Program-made: the position numbers and the translations under genes
In this document: positions 18,235 through 28,190 of the stretch, in pieces
How the letters are laid out: the number at the start of each line of letters is the position of its first letter
Numbering within the stretch: position 1 is the stretch's first letter
Source of the DNA: Terriglobia bacterium
Lineage (GTDB): Bacteria > Acidobacteriota > Terriglobia > JAJPHL01 > JAPKYU01
Assembly (NCBI GenBank): GCA_965223005.1
Contig: CBDCVK010000010.1
Span: 96,001-160,000 of the forward strand
Length of the DNA stretch: 64,000 bases
Direction: 5' to 3'
The notes under the pieces: generated by a model
Told to the model about the DNA's origin: nothing
What the model saw: only the letters and a program-made list of their open reading frames with translations
Databases searched by the model: none

Positions 18235-18473
18235 GGCTGTTCTCCCCTCAGAGGTGAAGGACCAAAGATTATCGCCTGCCGGGTTGCATGTCCAGGAAAG
18301 CCGGATAGGTCCTGACTAGCGGGTTAGTGTTTACCGACCAAGTTCCACTTGGCCGTATAGTCGGCTATCCGGACAAGTGACCGATTGGTGCCAGCTTCTC
18401 CCGAAAACGGCGTTCTGGAAATTCCAGGGTCTTGGTGGGCTCCCCTTGGTGGTGCGCTGTGGTAGTCCGCTAA

Positions 18474-18764
18474 TCCTGCAAAGCCCGCCCGCAGAAGACC
18501 TGGCGAAGTGCATGGCGAGCATTAACAAAGGCTGCGGGACTCAAGGGGCTCAGATTCCATGACCTGCGGCACCAATGTGTAACTGAACTCCTGGAGAAAG
18601 GCGCACCTGAGCAGACCGTCATGGCTCTTGCTGGCCACGTGTCCAAGCGGATGCTGGAACACTACAGCCACATTCGGATGGAGGCTAAGCGGGGGGCCGT
18701 CCAATTGCTCACACCTGAAGCCGCAGACGAGGCAGAAAAGGCCGCTATTCCGAGGCCCAACTGA
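18474..18764 (+). pseudogene. Tyrosine integrase C-terminal catalytic remnant
   Basis: PQKTWRSAWRALTKAAGLKGLRFHDLRHQCVTELLEKGAPEQTVMALAGHVSKRMLEHYSHIRMEAKR...; upstream stop at 18471 and no N-terminal part. Confidence 0.9.
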
Positions 18765-18770
18765 GGGTCC

Positions 18771-18792
18771 GTGTGGAACTTTGTGTGGAACT
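18771..18792. repeat. GTGTGGAACT x2 (12-bp period), putative arm-type sites
   Basis: Copies at 18771 and 18783, between the integrase remnant stop and the tRNA CCA. Confidence 0.65.
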
Positions 18793-18837
18793 CAGCCCTG
18801 CGAATGGAAGCAGCTACCGGCAAGCTGCTGAAAAATA

Positions 18838-18914
18838 TGGTAGGCCCGAGCGGGCTCGAACCGCTGACCTCTACCGTGTCAAGGTAGCGCTCTAACCAAC
18901 TGAGCTACGGGCCT
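18838..18914 (-). tRNA. tRNA-Val(GAC)
   Basis: AGGCCCG/CGGGCCT acceptor stem, D-arm GCTCAGTTGGTTAGAGC, anticodon loop TTGACAC, T-loop TTCGAGC, encoded CCA; 77 nt. Confidence 0.98.
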
Positions 18915-18947
18915 ATTGTTGATGGTTCAATCACTGGGCTTCGGAAG

Positions 18948-18956
18948 ATTCTACCA
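18948..18956 (-). promoter_or_regulatory. Extended -10 promoter of tRNA-Val
   Basis: TGGTAGAAT (TGn-TAGAAT) about 34 nt upstream of the tRNA. Confidence 0.55.
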
Positions 18957-19086
18957 CGGTTCGTCTCGCCTCCGAGTTTGCTGCACAGGTCTGGCAAGAT
19001 GGAGAGAAGCCAGAGTCTAAGTGGTGGAAAAGAATCTGTGGGAAAAAGGAATGCTCCGCTGAGGATCCGCGTCAACTCCTGTAGTC

Positions 19087-20082
19087 TTACAGCAAGCGAA
19101 AGGTCACTTCGATCTGGGCGGACACGGGAACCGGCCGTCCGTCCTTCATGCCGGGCTTGAACTTCCACTGGAGCACGGCTTCCACGGCTTTTTCGTCCAG
19201 GCCCAAGCCAAGGCTGCGTTTCACGCGGATATTGCGGACCGCGCCGTGAATGTCCACCACGCAATAGATCAACACCGTTCCCTGGTACTTAGCCTTGCGG
19301 GCCTCTTCGGTGTACTCGGGCTCGACACGGTAAATCAACTGGGGCGCACTGACGCCGCCACCCGCTCGGAACACTCCGCCGCCGATGCCGCCACCCGATC
19401 CCGGTCCAACACCGCCGCCTCGTCCGGACCCGACACCGCCACCGTACCCAGAACCGATCCCGCCACCAGCCCCGGGACCACTGGAAGGCGGACCCAGCGC
19501 GCCTAGCGGATCGCCAAACTGCGCAATGTTGGTCTGTGGCAGCTTAATGTCGGGCGGGACCAGCAGCGTGGGGTCCACCGCCAGTTCCGGGTCTTCGTTG
19601 CGGATGATCACGGTGGGGGGCGTTAACTGTTCCATGGCAAACCTAGGCAGGCGCCCCTTGGAAGCCGGTTCGGGCGAGCGGTCGCCTCCGCCCCCACCGC
19701 CGCCGGACTCTTTCGCTGAGGCGGGCAACTGCGACAGGTACGGAGATATGTCAAGGACCTGGGCAAGTTTGTCCTTGGCGTCGACCCCCACCTCCACCAC
19801 TTTGGGAGCGGCGAGCACCAAGAGCGCAATCAAGATCCCATGAAACAACAACGACGTCGGCCCGGAGATCTTTCCGTAGCGATACTCCCCCCAGATGTCT
19901 TTCACCGCAACCGGCCGGGACGTCACCCGCAGGGGCGGTGGCTTCTTGGCAAACAGCCATTGGATGTTGCTCTTCAGGGAGAGGTACCAGGGCTCGTCGG
20001 TCTCCACCAGCAGGCGTCGCAGGTGCAGGTTAGGGTCATCCGGCGAAAGCCGGGTGCGACGAGGAGTGGCCATATTGTCCAT
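19087..20082 (-). CDS. Energy transducer TonB-family protein
   Basis: One TM helix, Gly-rich linker, PEYTEEARKAKYQGTV...GLGLDEKAVEAVLQWKFKPG. Start placed at ATG 20082. Confidence 0.9.
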   Translation of the reverse strand: MDNMATPRRTRLSPDDPNLHLRRLLVETDEPWYLSLKSNIQWLFAKKPPPLRVTSRPVAVKDIWGEYRYGKISGPTSLLFHGILIALLVLAAPKVVEVGVDAKDKLAQVLDISPYLSQLPASAKESGGGGGGGDRSPEPASKGRLPRFAMEQLTPPTVIIRNEDPELAVDPTLLVPPDIKLPQTNIAQFGDPLGALGPPSSGPGAGGGIGSGYGGGVGSGRGGGVGPGSGGGIGGGVFRAGGGVSAPQLIYRVEPEYTEEARKAKYQGTVLIYCVVDIHGAVRNIRVKRSLGLGLDEKAVEAVLQWKFKPGMKDGRPVPVSAQIEVTFRLL

Positions 20083-20435
20083 TAGAACGGATTGCCTCTG
20101 GCGGCCGTTAGCCGCCCACGGCTCCCTCCGGAGCCGATCTCTCCGAGCAGCGCGACCCCACCATCGGCCGCCCGGCCAGACTGGGCACGCCACTCAAGAT
20201 GTACCAAACTCCCGCGTACTTGTCCAGGGGGCCCGTCTCCCATACTCCCATTGTACACCGGCTCGCGCCCCCCACAAATCCAAGGGGGGGCACCCACTAG
20301 GTTAGACGCGACTTCCGCCACAAGAGTTTCGCAACCTGTGACTACCGGCTGGCTTGCCGGTCCGCCGATGCCACAGTCGCCCGATGCTATAATCGAGCAT
20401 TGCGCCCTGCGTAACCGGAGCAGCCCGGAGCAGAT

Positions 20436-23321
20436 ATGAAAGCCCCAGTGGACCTGAAGCTCACCATCAACCTGCCGCGAACCAAGTTCCCTATGAAAGC
20501 CAACCTGCCCCAGCGCGAGCCCGGGGTCCTGGAACGCTGGGAACGCGACCGGCTCTACGAACGCATCCGGCAACGACGCCAGGGCGCGCCGCTTTTCATC
20601 TTGCACGACGGGCCGCCCTACGCCAATGGCAAGATCCACTTAGGCACGGCGCAGAACAAGATCGTCAAGGACCTGATCGTGAAGTCGCGCACGATGGCCG
20701 GTTTCGATGCTCCCTTCGTACCCGGCTGGGATTGCCACGGCTTGCCCATTGAGATCAAGGTGGACCAAGAACTGGGCGAACAAAAAGCGCAGATGTCGGC
20801 TTACGAGGTTCGCCAGCACTGCCGCCGCTACGCCGAAAAATACGTGCACCTGCAACGCGAGGACTTCAAACGGCTCGGCGTCTTCGGACAGTGGCGCGAT
20901 CCCTACCTGACGATGAGCGCCGAATACCAAGCCACCATTGCCGGGGCTTTCCTGACGTTCTTGGAGAGGGGATACGTCTACAAGGGCCTGAAATCAGTGC
21001 ATTGGTGCATCCATGATGTGACGGCACTGGCCGAGGCCGAAGTGGAGTATGAGGACCATGAAAGCCTGTCGGTGTGGGTGGTATTTCCCCAGGCCGCAGG
21101 CGACTCGCAACGCTTCGGCCCCAATCTGCGCGCCATCATCTGGACGACCACGCCCTGGACGCTGCCGGCCAACATGGCCCTGACGGTTCACGCCGACTAC
21201 GCCTACGTCATCCGGGAGGCAAGCGACGGCCACACCTACCTGCTGGCCCGTGAGCTGGCCGGTGCCGTGGCCGAAAAGACCGGCCTCCAGTGGGGCGCCG
21301 TCCGAGCAGAAGTGCGCGGCGGGGAACTGGAGGGCATGCGGTTCCGCCATCCTTTCGTCGAGCGCGAGGTGCCGGTAATCCTGGGGCCGCACGTCACGTT
21401 GGACCAAGGAAGCGGCATCGTGCACACCGCTCCCGGGCACGGCTACGAAGACTACGTGGTCGGTAAGCGGTACGGCATCCCGATCTATTGCCCGGTGGAT
21501 GGGCACGGTCGCTTCACCCCCGAGGCCGGAGAATTGGCCGGTCGCCAGGTCTTTGAGGCCAACCCGGAAGTCGTCCAGTTGCTGCGTGCGCGCGGCATGC
21601 TGCTGGCCGCCGAGCAGATACGCCACTCCTACCCGCACTGCTGGCGCTGCCACAACCCCACCATCTTTCGAGCGACCAACCAGTGGTTTATCGGTATGGA
21701 ACACAACGAGCTGCGGCGGCGGGCGATGGAGGAAGCGGGAAAAGTGAAATGGTCCCCGGCCTGGGGAGCCGAGCGCATGTCACAGATGCTGGCCACTCGG
21801 CCTGACTGGTGCATTTCCCGCCAGCGCGTCTGGGGCGTGCCCATCGTGGCCTTCTACTGCGAGGGTTGCGACGACCGGCTCGCCGATCTGGCCGCGCTCC
21901 GGCACACCGTGGCCATCTTCGCCCGGGAGAGCGCCGACGCGTGGTACTTACGGCCGGCGCGCGAATTGCTGCCTGAAGGCACCCAGTGCACCCGCTGCAG
22001 CCGCGGCGAATTCCGCAAAGAGAGCGACATCCTGGATGTGTGGTTTGACTCCGGCTCCAGCCACCTGGCCGTGCTGGGACACAGCGACGAGCTCCCTTGG
22101 CCAGCCGACCAGTATGTCGAAGGCGCCGACCAGTATCGGGGTTGGTTCCATAGTTCGCTGCTGGTCGGGCTGGGGGTGCACAACGCAGCACCCTACCGGC
22201 AGGTAACCACCACCGGCTGGGTGCTGGATGCGCAAGGACATGCCATGTCCAAGTCGCTCGGCAACGTGATCCTGCCCCAGGAAGTCTGGCAAAAGTACGG
22301 GGCCGAGATCCTCCGCCTTTGGGTGGCCTCGGTGGACTTCCGCGAAGACATGCGCATCTCCGAAGAGGCGCTGAGCCGCCTGGCCGAGGCCTACCGGAAA
22401 ATCCGCAACACCTTCCGGTTCGCCCTCAGCAACCTCTCCGATTTTTCGCCAGAGCGCGACGCGGTGCCCGCCAACGAGCTACGCGACCTGGACCGCTGGG
22501 CCCTGGTCCGGGCGGCTGAGCTGGTGGAATGCTGCCACGTCTGGTACCGTGAGCAGGCTTTCCACAAGGTCTATCACGCCGCCTACGACTTCTGCACCGT
22601 CCAGCTCAGCTCCTTCTACTTCGATGTGCTAAAGGACCGCCTCTACACCTCCCCGTCCGCCTCCCGCGCCCGGCGCAGCGCCCAGACCGCTTTCTATCTG
22701 CTCGCCGAAGCCCTATTGCGCGTTCTGGCGCCTGTGCTCTGCTTTACAAGCGAGGAGGCCTGGGGTTTCCTGCCCAAGCGGGCCGGCGCGCCTGCCAGCG
22801 AGCCTGATAGCGTGCACCTTACCGATTTGCCTCGCGGCGAAGAACTCACCCGTGGCATCACCGCCGCGCAGTTGGAACAGCTCCAGGATTGGGACCGTCT
22901 TCTGGTCGTGCGCTCCGAGGTCCTGAAAGCGCTGGAAGCCGCGCGCAACGATAAACAGATCGGCTCATCGCTGGAAGCGCGAGTGACCCTGGCCGCTGAT
23001 GGCGAGTGGAGCGGGCTGCTGAAGCAGTACCGCGCCGAGCTCCCGATGCTGTTCATCGTCTCGCAGGTGGACTTGGTTCAGGACGGGCTGCCAGCGCCGC
23101 AGCCCTCGCCGGTGCCTGGCGTGTTGCCGGGCACCGTGCAGGACGTGCTGCCGCGCGCCTTGGCGCCGGTGCGCGTCGCCATCCAGCGGGCCACCGGGGA
23201 GAAGTGCCAGCGCTGCTGGAATTATTCGGTGCATGTGGGCGAAAATAAAGAGTACCCCACGGTGTGCGAACGGTGTGCGGCGGCGCTTCAGCAAATCACG
23301 GCTTCAGGAAATGACGAATGA
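20436..23321 (+). CDS. ileS: Isoleucyl-tRNA synthetase (type 1)
   Basis: HDGPPYANG; WTTTPWTLP; DWCISRQR; AMSKS; C-terminal CQRCW...CERC zinc finger. Confidence 0.98.
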   Translation: MKAPVDLKLTINLPRTKFPMKANLPQREPGVLERWERDRLYERIRQRRQGAPLFILHDGPPYANGKIHLGTAQNKIVKDLIVKSRTMAGFDAPFVPGWDCHGLPIEIKVDQELGEQKAQMSAYEVRQHCRRYAEKYVHLQREDFKRLGVFGQWRDPYLTMSAEYQATIAGAFLTFLERGYVYKGLKSVHWCIHDVTALAEAEVEYEDHESLSVWVVFPQAAGDSQRFGPNLRAIIWTTTPWTLPANMALTVHADYAYVIREASDGHTYLLARELAGAVAEKTGLQWGAVRAEVRGGELEGMRFRHPFVEREVPVILGPHVTLDQGSGIVHTAPGHGYEDYVVGKRYGIPIYCPVDGHGRFTPEAGELAGRQVFEANPEVVQLLRARGMLLAAEQIRHSYPHCWRCHNPTIFRATNQWFIGMEHNELRRRAMEEAGKVKWSPAWGAERMSQMLATRPDWCISRQRVWGVPIVAFYCEGCDDRLADLAALRHTVAIFARESADAWYLRPARELLPEGTQCTRCSRGEFRKESDILDVWFDSGSSHLAVLGHSDELPWPADQYVEGADQYRGWFHSSLLVGLGVHNAAPYRQVTTTGWVLDAQGHAMSKSLGNVILPQEVWQKYGAEILRLWVASVDFREDMRISEEALSRLAEAYRKIRNTFRFALSNLSDFSPERDAVPANELRDLDRWALVRAAELVECCHVWYREQAFHKVYHAAYDFCTVQLSSFYFDVLKDRLYTSPSASRARRSAQTAFYLLAEALLRVLAPVLCFTSEEAWGFLPKRAGAPASEPDSVHLTDLPRGEELTRGITAAQLEQLQDWDRLLVVRSEVLKALEAARNDKQIGSSLEARVTLAADGEWSGLLKQYRAELPMLFIVSQVDLVQDGLPAPQPSPVPGVLPGTVQDVLPRALAPVRVAIQRATGEKCQRCWNYSVHVGENKEYPTVCERCAAALQQITASGNDE

Positions 23322-23403
23322 GAGGAGTGATGAGTCCCTCAGAAACATCGTTCTTAACACCCGGAATGCCTGACGTTTCATTCCTGGCTCTGCACTCTAA
23401 CCA

Positions 23404-23958
23404 ATGCGCGGGCTCCACTTACTAATTGCGCTGGCGGTGTTCACGCTGGACCAGGCCACCAAGGCCGTCGTCGAAGCCCGGATTCCTCTGCATGACGTCC
23501 GTCCGGTCATCCCCGGGCTGTTTCAGCTCACCCACGTGAAAAACCGCGGCGCTGCCTTCGGCCTCTTTGCTGACTCCCCGTCCGAGCTGAAGATCGTACT
23601 GCTGATTGCGGTTTCCGTGCTGGCGCTGGGCCTGGTGCTGGTGCTGCTGTGGCGCCACCAACCCGGAGCTTGGCCCGGAGCTTGGCGCACCGGGGTGGGA
23701 CTGGCGCTGATTTTAGGCGGCGCCACTGGCAATTTGTTTGACCGGCTGCTCCATGGCAGCGTGGTGGACTTTCTGGACTTTTACGTGCGAAATTATCACT
23801 GGCCTGCATTCAACGTGGCTGACAGCGCGATTGTTGTCGGGGCCGGATTGCTGGTCCTGGACATGCTTCTCAGTCCGACCCCCAGGGTCGAGCCCAAGCT
23901 AAGCGAGGGCCAAGCGAGGGCTAAGCGAGGGCCAAGCGAGGGCCAAGCGAGGGTTTAG
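23404..23958 (+). CDS. lspA: Signal peptidase II
   Basis: DQATK; NRGAAFG; GNLFDR; VVDF; FNVAD. Confidence 0.97.
   Translation: MRGLHLLIALAVFTLDQATKAVVEARIPLHDVRPVIPGLFQLTHVKNRGAAFGLFADSPSELKIVLLIAVSVLALGLVLVLLWRHQPGAWPGAWRTGVGLALILGGATGNLFDRLLHGSVVDFLDFYVRNYHWPAFNVADSAIVVGAGLLVLDMLLSPTPRVEPKLSEGQARAKRGPSEGQARV
23898..23952 (+). repeat. 11-bp tandem repeat GC(C/T)AAGCGAGG x5
   Basis: Units start at 23898, 23909, 23920, 23931 and 23942. Confidence 0.95.
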
Positions 23959-24750
23959 TTGTACCCCAAGCTATTCACCATCGGCGATTTTGTCCAGCAC
24001 ACCTACGGCCTGCTGGTGGCTTTGGGTTTCGTGGTGGCTTTGTGGTTCGTCACGAGGCTGGCGCGGCGGGACGGCCTGGATGCAGACCGCGTCTTCAACC
24101 TCGCCGTTTACTCGGCTCTGGCGGGGTTCCTGGGGGCCAAGCTCCTGTTCTTGGTGACCGACTGGGAACATTACATGCTGAATCCTCGACAAGCGCTCTC
24201 TTTGCAGTCCCTGCAGGCGGGCGGTGTGTTCTACGGGGGGTTTCTGGGCGCAGTGATTTTTGCAGCCTGGTACACCAGGCGTGCCCGGCTTCCGTTTTGG
24301 AAAACCGGTGATGCCGTCGTGCCGGCTGTGGCGTTGGGTCACGCAGTGGGCCGGCTTGGGTGCTTTTCGGCCGGCTGCTGTTGGGGGACGCCTTCCACTC
24401 TACCCTGGGCCGTTACCTTCACCGACCCCTATGCCCACCAAACGTTCGGCGTGCCTCTGGGCATCCCGCTGCACCCAACCCAATTGTACGAAGCCGCTGC
24501 CGAGGCGCTGATCTTCCTTTTCCTGCTGTGGCAACGCAAGAACAAGAGCTTCGACGGGCAGGTTTTCGTGCTGTATCTGGCGCTCTATGGCGCGGCGCGT
24601 TTTGGGCTGGAATTTCTTCGCGATGACCCTGAGCGCGGCTTCTTGTTCGGCGGCTTGCTTTCCACGTCCCAGTTCATCGCCCTACTCTTGATCGCGGCCA
24701 GCGCCGTCCTGTGGTACTGGAAGCGGACAGCGCGGGCGGCCGCCGGCTAG
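23959..24750 (+). CDS. lgt: Prolipoprotein diacylglyceryl transferase
   Basis: YG; GGVFYGG; GRLGCF; HPTQLYE; RFGLEFLR. Confidence 0.95.
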   Translation: MYPKLFTIGDFVQHTYGLLVALGFVVALWFVTRLARRDGLDADRVFNLAVYSALAGFLGAKLLFLVTDWEHYMLNPRQALSLQSLQAGGVFYGGFLGAVIFAAWYTRRARLPFWKTGDAVVPAVALGHAVGRLGCFSAGCCWGTPSTLPWAVTFTDPYAHQTFGVPLGIPLHPTQLYEAAAEALIFLFLLWQRKNKSFDGQVFVLYLALYGAARFGLEFLRDDPERGFLFGGLLSTSQFIALLLIAASAVLWYWKRTARAAAG

Positions 24751-24865
24751 CCGCCTCACGCGGGGCTAACGGGCTTGCTATCAATAACTTGCTTTGGAGC
24801 TTTCTTTGGGTTCTGAACAGGGGGTTCTGGACAGGCGGGCCGCGCTGTTCCACACTAAGTTTGTG

Positions 24866-25771
24866 ATGCGGGATTTCGTCGCCCAGCCGACAGACGCAGG
24901 CAAACGCCTCGATCAGTTCCTGGTCGAACAACTGGTGGACGTGAGCCGCGTTCGCGCTCAGCGGTTGCTGCGTGCGGGCCGGGTGCAGATGAACGGCGAA
25001 GCAGCCAAAGTCAGCTACCGGCTCCGGGGCGGTGAGCAGATTTCGTTGGATTGGGAACCTTCTGGCCCCCTCCGCACCTTGCCCGAAGATATCCCTCTGG
25101 AAGTCATTTACGAGGACGGCGAACTGGCTGCGGTGAACAAGCCGGCGGGGATGGCGGTGCATCCTGGAGCGGGCCGCCTCTCGGGCACGTTAATCAACGC
25201 GCTGCTGCACCGGTTTGAGGCCCTGTCCCAACTAGGCGGTGAGTCCCGCCCCGGCATCGTTCACCGCCTGGATCGCCAGACCAGCGGCTTGCTCCTGGTT
25301 GCCAAGAACGATGTCGTCCACCGCCACATGGCCGATCAGTTCCGCAACCGCGCCGTGGTAAAAACCTACTTGGCTCTGGTGCACGGCGTGGTCGAGCCGG
25401 AGCAGGACCAGATCACCGCTCCCATTGCCCGCGACCTGTGGAGGCGGCGCCGTATGACCGCGCGCCGCAAAGGGACCAAAGCCCGCGAGGCTCTCACCGA
25501 ATACAAGGTGCTTCGCCGCCTGCCCCGGTTCACTCTGCTGAAAGTCACCCTGCATACGGGCCGCACGCATCAGGCTCGGGTGCACCTGGCCAGCCGGGGA
25601 CACCCTGTTGTGGGCGACACGCTCTACGGGGCCCCAGGCGGGCTGCTGGACCGCAACTTTCTCCACGCCGCCTCGATCGCTTTCCAGCACCCGCGCACCG
25701 GCCAGACGTTGGAAATCTCCGCGCCCCTGCCGCCCGAGCTGGAGAGGTTTCTCGCATCCATCGCGGAATAA
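24866..25771 (+). CDS. rluD: RluA/RluD-family pseudouridine synthase
   Basis: S4 domain RLDQFL; NKPAG; HRLDRQTSG; TGRTHQ. Confidence 0.9.
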   Translation: MRDFVAQPTDAGKRLDQFLVEQLVDVSRVRAQRLLRAGRVQMNGEAAKVSYRLRGGEQISLDWEPSGPLRTLPEDIPLEVIYEDGELAAVNKPAGMAVHPGAGRLSGTLINALLHRFEALSQLGGESRPGIVHRLDRQTSGLLLVAKNDVVHRHMADQFRNRAVVKTYLALVHGVVEPEQDQITAPIARDLWRRRRMTARRKGTKAREALTEYKVLRRLPRFTLLKVTLHTGRTHQARVHLASRGHPVVGDTLYGAPGGLLDRNFLHAASIAFQHPRTGQTLEISAPLPPELERFLASIAE

Positions 25772-25930
25772 CATTGCGGCTCCTCTGTGTTGCCGCGGCG
25801 CTGCTTGCGTCGTTGCGAGCCACTCCGGCGTGAGTGGCCACCGCGTATAACGCTACCTACCGAAGTGTGGATTCTGCCGAGGCTGGCAAGCTTTGCTATA
25901 ATCGACTAAGGAGTTTTTGCCCGGCGTCCT

Positions 25931-26884
25931 ATGACCCCGGTGTTGCGTCCTATGACAAAGTCACTCGCGCTGGTCTTCATTCTCAATGCGGTTTGCCTTG
26001 CAGCCCAGAATCGGGCGGTACAGCCGCAAGGTTCCGAGCGCTCCGGAGGCGCCGATGCCAACATCCGAATCCGTGTGGATCGCGTGCCGGTGCTGTTCAG
26101 CGCTTTGGACCGCAAGGACCGCTACATCACCGACCTGACTCGCGATGAGATCGCGGTGTACGACAGCAAGAAGAAGCAGGAAATCGTCGAGTTCACCAGG
26201 GAGACCGACCTGCCTCTGCGCATCGCATTGCTGATTGACACCAGCAACAGCATCCGGGACCGTTTCCGGTTCGAGCAGGCAGCGGCTATCGAGTTCCTGC
26301 AGGCGGTGCTGCGCCCCAACATGGACCGCGCGTTCCTGGTGGCCTTCGACACGAACGTCGAAGTGGTCCAGGATTTCACCGACGACATTAATAAACTCCG
26401 CACCGGAATCGAGTCGCTTCGCGCCGGTGGAGGCACCGCGTTCTATGACGCCATCTACCATGCTGTCCTCGAAAAACTGATGAAGGCAGAACCGGAGGGC
26501 AGTGTGCGCCGCACGATTGTTCTGCTCAGTGACGGCGAAGACAACCAGAGTCGGGTCACGCGGGAGGAGACCCTGGAGATGGCCCAGCGGGGCGAGGTCA
26601 CCATCTACGCCATCGGAACCAACATCAGTGGCATCAAGAAGCGGGGCGACAAGGTCTTGCGGCGGTTCGCGGAACAAACCGGCGGACGTATCTTTTTCCC
26701 CTTCAAGGTGACCGACTTAACCAGTTCCTTCCGGCAGATTGGCCACGAGCTTCGGAGCCAGTACGTACTGCTGTTCCGACCCAGTACACCGCGCGACGGC
26801 GCCTTCCATACCATCAAAGTGGTGGCCCGGCGCAAGGGTGTCACCGTACGGGCTCGCAAAGGCTATTATGCGCTGCAGGAGTAG
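25931..26884 (+). CDS. Acidobacterial VWA-domain protein
   Basis: Signal peptide; MIDAS DTSNS; GGTAFYDAI; SDGEDN; VRARKGYY. Confidence 0.9.
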   Translation: MTPVLRPMTKSLALVFILNAVCLAAQNRAVQPQGSERSGGADANIRIRVDRVPVLFSALDRKDRYITDLTRDEIAVYDSKKKQEIVEFTRETDLPLRIALLIDTSNSIRDRFRFEQAAAIEFLQAVLRPNMDRAFLVAFDTNVEVVQDFTDDINKLRTGIESLRAGGGTAFYDAIYHAVLEKLMKAEPEGSVRRTIVLLSDGEDNQSRVTREETLEMAQRGEVTIYAIGTNISGIKKRGDKVLRRFAEQTGGRIFFPFKVTDLTSSFRQIGHELRSQYVLLFRPSTPRDGAFHTIKVVARRKGVTVRARKGYYALQE

Positions 26885-27049
26885 GTCTGCCGGCGGACCC
26901 CGGAGGTGAAGATTGGCCCGCGGCTCGGCCGGTCACCCGCGCCCCAGTAGTATTCCAGGCGGGCCTGTAGTATAACCGCAAGGAACATTCCACCCAGGGA
27001 AAATACGCTGACCGCCGTGGCTGGCGCGGCAGAAACGTAGCAGAGCAGC

Positions 27050-28129
27050 ATGGCAGAGGAGCGGCAAGAGAAGACCCGGGCCCTGGAGCTGACGCTCTCG
27101 CAGATCGAGAAGCAGTTCGGCAAGGGCTCCATCATGCGGTTGGGAGCCAGGGAAGCTTTGGTCCCGGTCGCGGTCATTCCCACCGGCTCGCTGGCGCTGG
27201 ACTCGGCGCTGGGCGTGGGTGGGCTGCCGCGGGGTCGCGTCATCGAGATCTTTGGTCCGGAGGCGAGCGGCAAGACTACGCTCGCCCTCCAAGTGGTCGC
27301 CCAGGCACAAAAGCAGGGGGGGATGGCCGCTTTCGTGGATGCCGAGCATGCACTGGATCCGGCCTATTCCCGCCGGCTGGGCGTGGACGTGGACAACCTG
27401 CTGGTCTCGCAACCGGATTACGGGGAGCAGGCACTGGAGATTGCTGAAGCCTTGGTGCGCTCTGGCGCCATTGATGTAGTGGTGGTGGACTCGGTGGCGG
27501 CTCTGGTGCCAAAGGCGGAGCTGGACGGCGAGATGGGCGAGCCGACCATGGGCTTGCAGGCCCGGCTGATGTCGCAGGCTCTGCGCAAACTCACCGCCAT
27601 CGTTTCCAAGTCCAGGACCAGCCTGGTCTTTATCAACCAGGTCCGGGAAAAGATTGGGGTCATGTTCGGCAACCCGGAGACCACCACCGGCGGGCGCGCT
27701 CTGAAGTTTTATTCCTCAATGCGTGTGGACATCCGCCGCATCGCCGCATTGAAGGACGGCGACGTGATCATCGGCAACCGGACCAAATGCAAGGTGGTAA
27801 AAAACAAGCTGGCTGCCCCGTTCCGCAACGCGGAATTTGACATCCTCTACGGCGAAGGAATTTCCCGCGAGGGCGACCTGCTGGACTTGGGTGTGGAGAA
27901 GGGACTGGTTGAGAAGAGTGGCTCCTGGTTCTCCTTCCGCAGCGAACGCATCGGGCAGGGGCGCGAGAACGCCCGTTTATTCCTCAAAGAAAACAAGGAT
28001 AGCTGCGAGCAACTGGAACGGGAAGTACGCAAGGTGCTGGGGCTGCCCGAACCCGCCGCCGCCGCTGCGGCTGGCCCTGTGCCGGCAAGCTCGCCCACTC
28101 CGCCGCGCGGCAAAGCAGTGACGCGGTAA
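27050..28129 (+). CDS. recA: Recombinase A
   Basis: GPEASGKTT; DAEHALD; [11 protein letters not shown]; GGRALKFY. Confidence 0.99.
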   Translation: MAEERQEKTRALELTLSQIEKQFGKGSIMRLGAREALVPVAVIPTGSLALDSALGVGGLPRGRVIEIFGPEASGKTTLALQVVAQAQKQGGMAAFVDAEHALDPAYSRRLGVDVDNLLVSQPDYGEQALEIAEALVRSGAIDVVVVDSVAALVPKAELDGEMGEPTMGLQARLMSQALRKLTAIVSKSRTSLVFINQVREKIGVMFGNPETTTGGRALKFYSSMRVDIRRIAALKDGDVIIGNRTKCKVVKNKLAAPFRNAEFDILYGEGISREGDLLDLGVEKGLVEKSGSWFSFRSERIGQGRENARLFLKENKDSCEQLEREVRKVLGLPEPAAAAAAGPVPASSPTPPRGKAVTR

Positions 28130-28190
28130 GGCCAACAAGACCAGCAAAAAGCGGCTCTCCTCCCGGTTTCCGTTACCCCCGTTTCCACCT

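Larger units (their letters stand above)
11291..18837. mobile_element. Unit A: tRNA-proximal island of about 7.5 kb, probably composite
   Basis: Lies between the intact tRNA and the 48-bp att copy. Carries an integrase, an integrase remnant, DUF3489 and the SBBP protein. The repeat motifs differ at its two ends. Confidence 0.85.

Noticed and set aside
20290-20435. T-box leader upstream of ileS
   Set aside because: No T-box consensus seen, and the TATAAT near 20388 leaves too short a leader.
26890-27049. LexA box upstream of recA
   Set aside because: No clean GTTC-N7-GTTC, CTGT-N8-ACAG or GAAC-N4-GTTC match; only a weak palindrome at the -10.
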